A stretch of 64,000 nucleotides of DNA, taken from the NCBI GenBank assembly GCA_964016885.1, contig OZ024742.1, forward strand, positions 280,054,001 through 280,118,000. The letters run 5' to 3'. The first letter of the stretch is position 1, and every line of letters begins with the position of its first letter. Positions 44,908 through 60,205 of this stretch are shown here, in pieces. This DNA comes from Eledone cirrhosa (taxonomy: Eukaryota). Under the pieces are notes generated by a model that did not search any database, was not told the origin of the DNA, and saw only the letters and a program-made list of their open reading frames with translations. The translations under genes were made by a program, and so were the position numbers.

Positions 44908-45272
44908 TATGTAGAGGTTGGAGAAGTGGGAGAGAGTGGTTTGAAGAATACAGATAGCTTAATCAAAATGTTGTGGTAGGGGTTTTATTTTACTGTTTAT
45001 TCTCAAGGTGACAGCCCTTAGGCATTGTGTTGATGTGGTCAAGATTGGGATTATTTATTGTCACAGAGAGCAGGTTCATTTTATGATGTCTACCTGCTAT
45101 TATTCATTCTTTATCTACACTCCGCAATACAGATGGATCAGAAACTGAATCTGTCCGACTATTCTTCCATAATCCGTTGAGTAACCCCTCACCGTACGTC
45201 AACACTATCTAGTGCAGTAATTAACAATTACTGCATTCAGGATAACCCTAAGCATTTCTTGCAAAACCTAAT
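44613..45272. mobile_element. Fold-back remnant with a long-stem-II HHR (minus strand, 44667-44789)
   Basis: TGCT-CTGAGGA-AATGGTAG...CTACTGTT-GAAA-CATTTG-TA-AGCA; 44615-44650 is inverted against 45079-45116; tail ACTC(45119)...TTGAGT(45182). Confidence 0.75.
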
Positions 45273-45767
45273 ATATATATACGCCACCTACATCCACAAA
45301 ACGTAAACCAACACACACGTACGTACCCCCACATATATACACACTCAGACTCCGGAATCCTCTACCCCTCCCACACCCCTCTGACCCCTCCCCATCCACA
45401 CGCACACACACACCGACCTACACTCCACCCCACACACACACCTTTTCCTGAACATGGAACCTCGTTTTTCCCTCAAATCTCACATTCACATACACACACA
45501 TACACACGTACACCTACACACATACGCCACCTTCAGCCCTCCCCGCTCGGACACCCCGCCACTTTCTCCCCACTCCACCCGCCACCACCCCTACACGCCC
45601 CAGACTCTTCCACCACTTGTTTATCTTCATGTTTATTTTTATTTTTATTTTTATTTTTATTTGTACCCCTTCCACCGATTTTCCTCCCTTTCCTCTCCCC
45701 CCCTTTTTCTAAATGTCTCTCCTCCACTCCCCAACACACCCTCGGAACTCTCTTCCCACCCACTTTT

Positions 45768-45806
45768 CGCCTGAAGAAGGGCTTATGCCCGAAACGTCGT
45801 CCCCAC
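45768..45806 (+). ncRNA. Minimal hammerhead core with stem I eroded
   Basis: CTGAAGA-A-GGGC TTAT GCCC-GAAA-CGTCG-TC. Confidence 0.65.
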
Positions 45807-45990
45807 ACCCCACTCTCAAGAGCGTGAAACTAATAAACCTTTGTTTGTACTGCCTCTGTTTTATTCCCGTTCCATTTTTCACTATATATATATCAGCACT
45901 AGTTGGATTGGCAGATAGTCCTGCAAGGTTAAGTCTCAGTAGTATGTAGGTTCATATCAACCAAATGTTGATATGACCCTAAACACTACC

Positions 45991-46069
<79 letters not shown>

Positions 46070-46158
46070 CGGTAGTGTGTAGGTTCATATCAACATTTGG
46101 TTGATATGAACCTACATACTACTGAGACTTTCTATACTTTTCATTTATATATATATAT

Positions 46159-46869
46159 ATGAAGGCCCACATCACCAGCAGCCCTAGGAGCAACACCCAA
46201 CCAGGATGCTCTTGCCGTAAGCCTGAAGCTTTCCCCCTTCAACAACAATGCAACAAACCAACTGTAATCTATGAAGCGGTTGTCACTTCCAACCGACCAA
46301 ACGAACCACAGGAGGTCAAATCCTATGTGGGCATGGTGGAGGGCCGATTCAAGGAGCGTTTCCTGAACCACCAGTCTACCTTCAGATACCCGGACAGACG
46401 TTCATCCACGAAACTCGCGAGCCACGTATGGAAAGCCATCACTAAGTCCAAGCCATACGCATGTGGAAATTCGACGTTTGGCTTATGTATTGACGAACGA
46501 ATAACTATCCTGAAGAGATTACGCAATAGTGATTGCCTAAATACGAGAAGTGAATTTTTCACACGTTGTTCACACGTCACCAAACATCTATTGCATAACT
46601 ACAAGCCTCCGGACTAATTCTTTGTAATTTTATTTTTAGATTTTTTAAATTTTATATTCAACCAAAAAACTTTCCGGTCTTTCGCAGTTATCTCCCTTAC
46701 ACCCCCCGCACGCACTCTACTATTGCCTGTGTGAAGTGACCGAGTTTCTGCGCATGCGCGTTCGTACGGTCGTCCTTCCTGTTCCTATAACCATATACAT
46801 CCCGAGCTGAAGATCCGCGAATGTGAAACAATTGTTCTCGGTATGGTGAACTAACTGTTGTGTAACAAC

Positions 46870-46872
<3 letters not shown>
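46159..46872 (+). mobile_element. PLE 3' remnant: GIY-YIG ORF and pLTR with intact HHR core (46802-46841)
   Basis: GCSCRKPEAFPLQQQC..VIYEA...YVGMVEGRFKERFLNH...TKLASHVW...LNTRSE...CSH*; CCGAG-CTGAAGA...GAAA-CAATTG-TT-CTCGG. Confidence 0.88.
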
Positions 46873-47478
<606 letters not shown>

Positions 47479-47713
47479 TGAGTATAACGTTGTTGTATTG
47501 TTTTTAGCTACCACATCATGACGCATATCATCATCACATTGCCCATATAATGGGCAATGTGATGATATTAAAACATGTTTTGTACAGTTTGGGCTTACCA
47601 GCCGAAATATCCTTGGATATTTTTTTAATTCGTTCGTTAGCGTAAGGGGTTTCTAGCGTTTCAACGCAACTAAGATCATACGGTCTGTAATTCTGTTATA
47701 ATATCTAGCTTTA

Positions 47714-48013
47714 GTGAAGATCCCCCGTTGTAATAGAAACACAGTTAAAATATCCTATTCAACCAATTCCAACTTCGCACGCAACATCACTGCATCTAAC
47801 TCAGCCAAATTTCTTTGTAGTAATATAAACAATCTTGATGTTTGTTCTTTCTACAATTGTATCAATACGAACTATTGCCCTCTAGTCGGGAAATGCCTAT
47901 CAAGCAATATAGATTACAAATCTAAGTTTGATATACCCAGTACTAGAAAAACTTACATAGGGTTCACTGCCAGTAGATTTAAGCAGCCTCTTAATTATCC
48001 GAAGCGAGTATAA
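47714..48013 (+). pseudogene. PLE linker and GIY-YIG N-terminal fragment
   Basis: NRNTVKISYS...NCINTNYCPLVGKCL...YK...TYIGFTASRFKQ. Confidence 0.82.
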
Positions 48014-48701
48014 ATATGAATATGTATGTATATCATTGTGCACAATGACATCCGATGCAAGTATATATATGTATGTGTATGTATATAATTCTGTGCACAC
48101 ATGCAAACGCACGTGCGTGTACATGTGCACAAGCACATACATACATGTGTAAATATATATATGTATACGTGTTTCTATAATTGTTATATACTTTATCTTC
48201 ATTTACAAACGCATACACACCGGTTTGCTCAAATTTCCGTTTGAGCCTGAATCCGAAAACATTGCTTTTACTATTAATCATCCCTTCAACGATTAACTAC
48301 AATTAATATCATGTTCCATATATAGTGGCTGGAAATTATTCGGTTATTCTAAAAATAATATGTTACTCCTAATCTTTCCATAGCAAGTATTTGTTCTTCT
48401 CACTCAATATAATGATATAATTCTCTTTGTATAGATTTCGCTCATCTGAATAAGAACGTTCTCATGCACTACCGTTGTTTTCTAAAGGCAATATTTGGTC
48501 GTAACTTTTTTGAAATATTTATTTCTGCGTCAAAGGATTGATTTTTCAGCTTCAGATGAGCCCGCATTGAATAAAATCAGAGTTTCTCGCTTAAAGGTTT
48601 AATCTATACTAATCGTAAATATTTCCTCTACGGGTATATGTATATACTTACATACAACCATTATTGAGTCCTTTTCGGCTTTAGTCTTTGTATCTTTTAT
48701 T

Positions 48702-48751
<50 letters not shown>

Positions 48752-49034
48752 GCATACATACATATATATGTATATATATATATATATATAAATGAAAAGT
48801 ATAGACAATATTGTAGCAAGAAGCCAATAGTATTCCATAATATATAAGTGACTATAGCGTCAAAATGGGAAAATAGTTAACGTAAGATGTGGGAAAAATA
48901 ATTCAAACTCAATTCAAAAAGAATCAGGATATAGATTTATCCAACAGAATTTAGTGAAATCCAGGGAAAAATCAATAGAGCCTTAACTCATGATAAAATA
49001 CAGTTTAAAATACTCATCCTTCAATTTGGAACAA

Positions 49035-49097
<63 letters not shown>

Positions 49098-49126
49098 CAC
49101 ACATACATATATTTATATACACATAC

Positions 49127-49160
<34 letters not shown>

Positions 49161-49162
<2 letters not shown>

Positions 49163-50996
49163 ACAATATATTTAGAAACACACAGATACATGCGGACACA
49201 CACATATATACATGAATGCATCCGCACCCAACTGTGAGTTAAGGGTGCCAACTTCACCGATGTTGCTCAATGAATGACCGGGACAGACCAATTCAGTTGA
49301 ACTAGACTGAACCAGTATCAGAGTTAAAAATACATTATGAAGAGAGAAGAAACATTTAGATATAATTAGTAATAAAATGTATCATACCTAAACTGCTCCT
49401 AAATTCCTCGACTACCTAGTTTCGTGGCATAAACAAAAACAATATATCATAAAGACATAGAGTCCCTGCGAGGTCTGCCGACTTATCAAGAGGATACCTC
49501 ATTTTACTAGTCTCAAGAACGCGTCTACACGACGTGAGAAAGAATCCCAAAAGGCGGAGGGGGAGATAGTCACGCGATATAACGGTCGAGAAACAGAGCT
49601 AAGCCTCCTATAACCACGAAGAAAATACCACGGAGGCGGAGGGGGTATTCATATCGAGGCCGCAGAAGAGGTGGTGAAGAAGGCTAGAAGTATGAGTAAT
49701 GGAAGCTTTCCAGTTGTCCCCACACTTCAAAGATTGCTCGACCAGAGGGAGTTATTAACAATATATTTAGAAACACACAGATACATGCGGACACACACAT
49801 ATATACATGAATGCATCCGCACCCAACTGTGAGTTAAGGGTGCCAACTTCACCGATGTTGCTCAATGAATGACCGGGACAGACCAATTCAGTTGAACTAG
49901 ACTGAACCAGTATCAGAGTTAAAAATACATTATGAAGAGAGAAGAAACATTTAGATATAATTAGTAATAAAATGTATCATACCTAAACTGCTCCTAAATT
50001 CCTCGACTACGTAGTTTCGTGGCATAAACAAAAACAATATATCATAAAGACATAGAGTCCCTGCGAGGTCTGCCGACTTATCAAGAGGATACCTCATTTT
50101 ACTAGTCTCAAGAACGCGTCTACACGACGTGAGAAAGAATCCCAAAAGGCGGAGGGGGAGATAGTCACGCGATATAACGGTCGAGAAACAGAGCTAAGCC
50201 TCCTATAACCACGAAGAAAATACCACGGAGGCGGAGGGGGTATTCATATCGAGGCCGCAGAAGAGGTGGTGAAGAAGGCTAGAAGTATGAGTAATGGAAG
50301 CTTTCCAGTTGTCCCCACACTTCAAAGATTGCTCGACCAGAGGGAGTTATTAACAATATATTTAGAAACACACAGATACATGCGGACACACACATATATA
50401 CATGAATGCATCCGCACCCAACTGTGAGTTAAGGGTGCCAACTTCACCGATGTTGCTCAATGAATGACCGGGACAGACCAATTCAGTTGAACTAGACTGA
50501 ACCAGTATCAGAGTTAAAAATACATTATGAAGAGAGAAGAAACATTTAGATATAATTAGTAATAAAATGTATCATACCTAAACTGCTCCTAAATTCCTCG
50601 ACTACGTAGTTTCGTGGCATAAACAAAAACAATATATCATAAAGACATAGAGTCCCTGCGAGGTCTGCCGACTTATCAAGAGGATACCTCATTTTACTAG
50701 TCTCAAGAACCCGTCTACACGACGTGAGAAAGAATCCCAAAAGGCGGAGAGGGAGATAGTCACGCGATATAACGGTCGAGAAACAGAGCTAAGCCTCCTA
50801 TAACCACGAAGAAAATACCACGGAGGCGGAGGGGGTATCCTCTTGATAATTCGGCAGACCTCGCAGGGACTCTATGTCTTTATGATATATTGATTTTGTT
50901 TATGCCACGAAACTACGTAGTCGAGGAATTTAGGAGCAGTTTAGGTATGATACATTTTATTACTAATTATATATAAATGTTTCTTCTCTCTTCATA

Positions 50997-51000
<4 letters not shown>
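49161..51000. repeat. HHR family H: ~2.8 tandem 595-bp units plus an inverted terminal segment
   Basis: TAACAATATATTTAG at 49161, 49756 and 50351; units almost identical; inversion at ~50835; one HHR per unit. Confidence 0.95.
50000..50089 (-). ncRNA. Type I hammerhead with U3-A8 core (family H; also 49405-49494 -, 50595-50684 -, 50838-50927 +)
   Basis: TCCTC-TTGATAA-GTCGGCA...TGCCAC-GAAA-CTACGTAG-TC-GAGGA; GUC cleavage triplet. Confidence 0.85.
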
Positions 51001-51067
<67 letters not shown>

Positions 51068-51074
51068 TATATAC

Positions 51075-51244
<170 letters not shown>

Positions 51245-51695
51245 GCAAAAGCATATGCGTTTGCCTTCAAACGAAAACATATCACACAGATAACAGATAC
51301 ACATATACACACTTAACAGAAACGCAAATGAACTTGAATAAAGTCACGCATATATACTTTGTGGAAACGCATATACAAATGCTATCATATATATATACAT
51401 ACACTCGCATATATACGCAAAAGCCACACATCCAATCAAACACATATACTTCCTTTTTTACTTTCAGATATTGAAGTCAACCCATGACGGATCACAATCA
51501 TTTGCGCTTTCATGTTTTAATAGATCATTTCTACCTCAATATTTTGTCAGCCTTTTACTTATTCCATCAAGATCTCTTTGTCGAACGGCTAGGTTAGGGA
51601 ACGAAAAGTGACATTATTATAAAAATATCATCGGTGTTTATACAACAGTAATGGACACATATACTTATCTATCCACACATATATATTATATGTGC

Positions 51696-51797
<102 letters not shown>

Positions 51798-52028
51798 GTA
51801 TGTGTGTCTGTATGTTTTTTTTGTGTTTGTATGGCTGTAAGCATAAATAGCATTGGGTTTGTCTAACGATTTGAACAAGTTAAAAAAAACAAAGTCTATA
51901 TATATATATATATATATATACAATATATATATATATACACACACACATGTGTATATATATATTTATATTTATTGATATGTGACGCACATACATGCACACA
52001 CATACGCATACACATCTATAAACACACG

Positions 52029-52100
<72 letters not shown>

Positions 52101-52116
52101 TGTGTGTGAGTGTGTG

Positions 52117-52176
<60 letters not shown>

Positions 52177-52347
52177 CTTTAAGAATAAATTAGGTGTGAC
52201 AGTGTAATAGAGCGAAAGGTTGGGTCGGCGACGGAGTTTATATTAGGCTAAATTATTTATTTTGAGGTCAGCAGACGTTGTTAATAGAAAGATAAACATA
52301 AGATAACAATAAGGAATAACAGAAGGAATGAAGTGTTTGACGAACAG

Positions 52348-52398
<51 letters not shown>

Positions 52399-53530
52399 GT
52401 GTGTGTGTCTGTAGGTATATTTGTCATACGTACATGTACATATTGGGATAGATAATACATTTTACACAAAGTACCAGTAATGCACTGGATAATTGCTGGC
52501 CTTGTGCCTAAAGTAGAAACAATTATGACTTGTCATTTGATCTGTTGTTGTTGATGTTGTTGTTGTTCTTGTTGAAGGTGTTGGTAGGGGTTAATATGAT
52601 GGTGATGATGGCGTTTATCGTGGTACTATTACTACTATCGCTGATAATGTCAATTCTTTTAAAATATTAGATCTAACTGTATGGTATATTAGTCGTGATT
52701 GTCCCTGTGTTTTTAATGAACTTTTTTTCTTTATTGGGTCGATAAATATCGTATCAATTATATTATGTGGTCGATTTAATCGTCTAAGCCACTCCACCAA
52801 ATAGCTCCACTTCTGCAAATGCTAGAAAATGTCCCGGTAACAAAAAAATCAGGATATCCTCTTTCATTTCCACATCACTCAATAGGGAATATTATAGAAA
52901 ATGTGCTTGGGTTTTGACTTTTCTTCCCATAAACTAGAAAAAAAGCTGTTTACACATTTTGTAGCGAACTTGCATATCCTTTGTTCAATAATACAAAGCT
53001 ATTCTTTATAATGTTTTATTTATCTAAGTATTTTCCAAAACAAGTTTAAGATAGAACATTTAACTTGTGATCCAAACATCACGTTATTTGCGAGAAAATT
53101 ATCTATATTGTTAAATTCAGAAGTAAATTTTCCTTCTGATGAACGAGTTCGGACAGTCATCAATATTGTTAAATTCGTCAAAATACTTGATAAATTTCAA
53201 AATCATTTGAAGAATATAGGCAGTGTCTTTCATTAAAAACATGACGTGTGTGTATTGCAAATGTTTATATGCAATGTTAGACGTCAGTATGTATCTGTGC
53301 GGGACATGTATGTATGTCTATGTGTATGTGCGAGTGTATGTGGCTGAATTTCTGTACGAATATAGGTCTTCAAGGGGAATTTGATAGCCCTTAAAAAGCA
53401 GTTTTATGATGTGCATAAACAGAAAGAATTCAAACATAGATATACACATACATATATACATACATACATACAAATAAACATGCATACATATATACATATA
53501 AATATATGTATGGGAGGGTGCGTGTGACAT

Positions 53531-53603
<73 letters not shown>

Positions 53604-53777
53604 GTGTATATATATATATTGAATAGAATAGTGGTTGGCTCCCCAAAATTCGAGGGCCAGTAAACTAAGAAACATATGCCACTGAATAAATACCAAACTA
53701 CTTCCATGCATCGAGTTACTCCGTCATTAACATTTTATGGTAGATTTATATCTACAACTACAAACTACAACTTGACA

Positions 53778-53851
<74 letters not shown>

Positions 53852-53930
53852 TGTGTGTGTGTGTGTGTGTTTGTGTTTGTGTGTGTGTGTGCTTGTGTGT
53901 GAGCATGAGCAAAATCTGCGTATGTATGCG

Positions 53931-53993
<63 letters not shown>

Positions 53994-54417
53994 CAAACAC
54001 ACGCACACATATATATATGTATATATATACATATATTTATATATTTATATGCGTCTGTGTGTGTGAAAATGTATGTAGGTATTATGTGTCTGTCCAGACA
54101 TTTTTTCATGTACATTAATATAAACAACATTGGGCCTTATACTGTGCCTTTATAAATACACATTTTTAATTGAAAATAACAAGGGAGCTCACTGGGATGT
54201 GTCTTCCTTGCTGCAATTTCTTTTGGTTTAAAGGGTAGTAGGTTTTCGTAACCAAGCAGGGAGGAAATGATTCGCTTACAGTCGGTTGGTTACTTGTTAC
54301 TTTTAAATCTTAAATTGTTGTTTACTTATGTCTGTTATATAACATCCAACCACTCACACCCATACCCACACACTAACACATCCCCATGGATACTCACATA
54401 CATACATACATGCATAC

Positions 54418-54763
<346 letters not shown>

Positions 54764-54790
54764 ATATATATATATATATGTATATATATA

Positions 54791-56414
54791 TAAGTATGTA
54801 TACGTACATACATATATGTATACAGACGGACGTACAGTAGTATGTATATATATATATACATGCACACGTATATATATGTACGTATGGATTTACCGTACAT
54901 TTATTATAATGCTCGGTTTGTTTGTAAACAAACATCCCGAATTAAGCCGTACAGTGTATAGCAACCATCGTTGCCCTTTTTGTTCAACACTGACAAAGGA
55001 ACGATGTACTAGTTTCAAGCTTATTAGCTATCGTCAGCACCGTATACCTTCCTACCAGATGATTGAACATCTGAAAGTATATACTTTCCTTATGCATATT
55101 AACGGCTGAGCAGCCCAATTTGCATATCAAGTGAGTTAATCGGCCGGGCGCACCGAAAACGATAAATGAAAAAAATGAAACGAAATTTCATTTCTCACTC
55201 TTAGTACGGCTGTTACTTAAATATAAGTATGTACACCTACGTACATATATGTATACAGACGTACAGTAGTATGTATATACATACATACATGCGCACATAT
55301 ATATATGTACGTATGGATTTACAGTTTATTTATTATAATGCTCGGTTTGTTTGTAAACAAACATCCCGAATTAAGCTGTACAGTGTTTAACAACCATCGT
55401 TGCCCTTTTGTTCAACACTGACAAAGGAACGATGTACTAGTTTCAAGCTTATTAGCTATCGTCAGCACCGTTTACCTTCTTGCCAGATGATTGAACGTCT
55501 GAAAGTATATACTTTCCTTATTTCATGTTAACGGCTGAGCACCCCAATTTGCATATCGAGTAAGTTAATCGGCCGGGCGTACCGAAAACGATAAATGGAA
55601 AAAAATGAAACGAAATTTCATTTCTCACTCTTAGTACGGATGTTACTTAAATATAAGTATGTACACCTACGTACATATATGTATACAGACGTACAGTAGT
55701 ATGTATATATATACATACATGCACACATATATATATGTACGTATAGGATTTACCGTACATATATTATAATGCTCGGTTTGTTTGTAAACAAACATCCCGA
55801 ATTAAGCAGTACAGTGTTTAGCAACCATCGTTGCCCTTTTCTTCAACACTGACAAAGGAACGATGTACTAGTTTCAAGCTTATTAGCTATCGTCAGCACC
55901 TTATACCTTCCTGCCAGATGATTGAACGTCTGAAAGTATAAACCTTCCTTATGCATATTAACGGCTGAGCCCGGCCGATTAACTTATGCATATTAATGGC
56001 TGCGCCCGGCTGATTAACTCACTCGATATGCAAATTGGGCTGCTCAGCAGTTAATATGCATAAGGAAAGTATATACTTTCAGACGTTCAATCATCTAGCA
56101 GGAAGGTATACTGTGCTGACGATAGCTAATAAGCTTGAAACTAGTACATCGTTCCTTTGTCAGTGTTGAACAAAAGGGCAACGATGGTTGCTAAACACTG
56201 TACGGCTTAATTCGGGATGTTTGTTTACAAACAAACCGAGCATTATAATAAATGTACGGTAAATCCATACGTACATATATATATGTGTGCATGTATGTAT
56301 ATATATACATACTACTGTACGTCTGTATACACATATGTATGTACGTGTACATACTTATATTTAAGTAACAGCCGTACTAAGAGTGAGAAATGATATTTCG
56401 TTTCATTTTTTTCA

Positions 56415-56418
<4 letters not shown>
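54791..56418. repeat. HHR family G: about three tandem ~430-bp minus-sense units plus one inverted unit
   Basis: HHRs with CTGACGA core at 55001-55043, 55429-55471 and 55860-55900 (-) and 56110-56152 (+); periods 428 and 431; inversion at ~55970-56020. Confidence 0.93.
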
Positions 56419-56474
<56 letters not shown>

Positions 56475-56524
56475 TGGATAATTTCTCCTAAATGAAACAG
56501 TTCTAGTCCTGTAGAAGCCTTTTG

Positions 56525-56567
<43 letters not shown>

Positions 56568-56573
<6 letters not shown>

Positions 56574-57386
56574 CGTTTAACAAGGTTCAACGAAAATACA
56601 TCCGTAGGACGCGAGATAGAATCCCGAAAGGCGGAGGGTTAGTCAATCACGTGATATAGCGGTTAAGAAACAGAGCTAAGCCTCGTGCAACCAAGAAACA
56701 AATACCACAAAAGGCGGTGGGGGTATTTATATTTATGTATATGTATGTGTGCGCATGTATCTGTGTATTTCTTAATATTGTTTCTAACTCCCTATGGTAG
56801 AGTAACCATTAAAGTGTAGTGACTGCTGGAAAGCTATCATTACTTATATTGTCAGTATCTGTAGAGGGTTGGACGCCATTCTTTCTAGCATAATTACGTC
56901 CCATTACGATCTGAGTTCAAATCCCGCCGAGGTTGACTTTGCCTTTCATCCTTACGGGGTCGATAACATAAAGTACCAGTAATACACTGGATTATTGCTG
57001 GCCTTGTGCCTAAAGTAGAAACAATTACATATAATTCTCGCCATCCTAGCCATCTCTTATACGGCTTTGATATAAATACCCCCGCCGCCTTTTGTGGTAT
57101 TTTTTTCTCGGTTGTAAGAGGCTTAGCTCTGTTTCTTAACCGCTATATCATGTGATTGACACCCCCTCCGCCTTTCGGGATTCTATCTCGCGTCCTACGG
57201 ATGTGTTTTGAAACTCTTAATGAGGTATCTTCTTGATAAGTCGGCAAACCTCACAAAGATTACTATATGTTTGTGATGTAGTGTTTTTGCATAGTATGCC
57301 ACGAAACTACGTAGTCGAGGACTAATTAAGGAACTTGGGTATGGTATATATTATTAATTATATCTAATTTATCTTCTTTCTTTATA

Positions 57387-57390
<4 letters not shown>
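56568..57390. mobile_element. Diverged family H fold-back with a SINE near its centre
   Basis: 56598-56730 is inverted against ~57073-57205; HHR TCTTC-TTGATAA...GAAA-CTACGTAG-TC-GAGGA at 57228-57321. Confidence 0.85.
56853..57027 (+). mobile_element. tRNA-derived SINE
   Basis: B-box GAGTTCAAATCC followed by GCCTTTCATCCTTACGGGGTCGATAA...GAAACAATT. Confidence 0.85.
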
Positions 57391-57473
<83 letters not shown>

Positions 57474-57862
57474 AAGTCAAAAGGAACACATATATTTAAA
57501 CATAACCATAGATACATATATAAGTGTAGCCTACCTTCAACTATGTGGCCCAATGAATGAATGAATTATATAAATAATCATTAATCAGAGCTACAAGAAA
57601 TTATAAGGTTGAAGAAGAGGCAGAAAAAATGTATCTAATTTATCTTCTTAGGCCGTATAATTTAACTAAATAAATAATCAGTTAAACGGAGCTATGTTTA
57701 AAATGTAAATCTCAAGAAATATTAGATGAATGTTTACCAATATCCCTCTAGCCCGCACTGTCAACAGTTTCGCTCGTACTTTGTGACAACGTTTAATCGT
57801 TGCATTATCGATGAGGCTTCAAGCTTATAATTGTGTATATATATATAATTCATATATATAAG

Positions 57863-57894
<32 letters not shown>

Positions 57895-57909
57895 TATAAA
57901 TATATAATT

Positions 57910-57985
<76 letters not shown>

Positions 57986-58518
57986 CTGTGTGTTTATGTG
58001 TGTGTGGGGGGGTATGTATGTATGTATGTATATGTATATAACTACAAACATTCTGTGATTGTGTGTTTGTCTCTAACGTAATAAATACGAAACAGAACAT
58101 AATGGGAAAATATTTTGAAAGGATGTTACCCCAGAAATGTGAATACAAACAAAACAAGATTAGCGTAAATCGGAGCTTGAGTACCTTCATAAATAGATAG
58201 AGAGAACGACATAGTGGTTCGGAGACAGTAGATTGAAAGAGGGACATAGAGTGAGAGAGAGAGACAGGGTGTAGAGAGAGAGAGTGAGAGAGAGAGGAGA
58301 CAGAAAAGGAAAATATAAGAGATAGAGCGCTGGTGTTGTTGTTGAAAGAAATTATAATACGTGAGATCAAAGAATCGAATACAGCTATATATATATATAG
58401 CTGTATTCGATATATATATTACAATTTCATTTTACATTATAAACATGTCTGTGTATATTTTAATTATTTAAAAATAATGTTTAAGCAAACGTGACCCAAC
58501 AGGTCGCGGGTCGTCTAC

Positions 58519-58643
<125 letters not shown>

Positions 58644-58811
58644 TTTAGTAAGTGAGTTGATTTTTAATTTTTTAAATTTTCTTATTTTACGTCCTTCATA
58701 TAATTGTTCTGCATCCCCTGAATAGAACCACAAAGGTACTAAGACATAACATATATATTTGCCAGCATCGGTATACATCTGTATACATATGTTGGTAGAT
58801 ATACTAATTAA

Positions 58812-58890
<79 letters not shown>

Positions 58891-58917
58891 TATATATATG
58901 TATGTATGTATGCATGA

Positions 58918-58971
<54 letters not shown>

Positions 58972-59245
58972 GAAGAGATTCATGAAGAAACGGACTTGAA
59001 TAAATATTGTTCTTAATCTATTTCGGTATTGAGTATTTTTTCATTGTTTCATATTTTACCCAACAATGATTACTTACCTACTTATATCCCTCTGACTCAT
59101 ATACACACACCCATGCACACACACACAGAGACACACACATATATATATATATGTTTGTATATATATATAAATATATATATAAGTGTGTGTGTGTTTGTGT
59201 GTGTGTATATATACATGTATATAGACACACACACAAACACACACA

Positions 59246-59296
<51 letters not shown>

Positions 59297-59321
59297 ACAA
59301 ATATATATATATATATACACA

Positions 59322-59373
<52 letters not shown>

Positions 59374-59893
59374 GCCACATACTTTATAGAACAGCACATT
59401 AAATATAGAAGGGAGAGTAGAGACGTTATTTTTCATTGCATAGCGCAATATTTACAAAGCAGTTTTTAAAATGGTGCCTCAGTCTTTCTATTCACGTAAC
59501 CAATGAAAATGTGGAATAAAATATTAAAGGAAAACAAATGACTATTACAGAAACAACAAAATAAAACAAAATGAAAAAAAAAAGTTTTCCAATCTTCTTA
59601 GAGAGGAGTTATATTTGCTATAACAGACATATTTACCCTAAAGATACATTCGTATGTATTAACCAATCTATGACAAAAACGCATTTGGGAGAAGTTTTTC
59701 TGGGCTTTCTATTTAAAAAAGACAAAATGGCTGATAATATTATAGCGCTCGTATCACAACACTTAGTGACAAACAACTATTATTATTCACCTTGTTATAT
59801 ATTATTGCTGGTTGATAAATCAAATCCTTTAAATACTCATAAATTTACAACGATTGTTCATACACACACAGACACATACTCTCACACACACAC

Positions 59894-59939
<46 letters not shown>

Positions 59940-59958
59940 ACATACACACACACACAAA

Positions 59959-60002
<44 letters not shown>

Positions 60003-60205
60003 AGTGTGTGTGTGTGTACTTGAATACATACACGCACGCACACACACATTTATTTTGTGACATTACATTTGGCAGTGTGTGTTTATTATAAACATAAATA
60101 TAATATCAATATTTTCACTCCCAGCGCTTCCATTTCTTTAATACGTCATATATACTCTCTAATACCCCCCCCCCCCCCCCACAAATATATATGTATATAT
60201 ATATA

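Noticed and set aside
49161-50838. CRISPR-like array, or the repeated 64-aa ORFs as genes
   Set aside because: Whole units repeat with no unique spacers, the context is eukaryotic, and the ORFs overlap the ribozyme with no recognisable motif.
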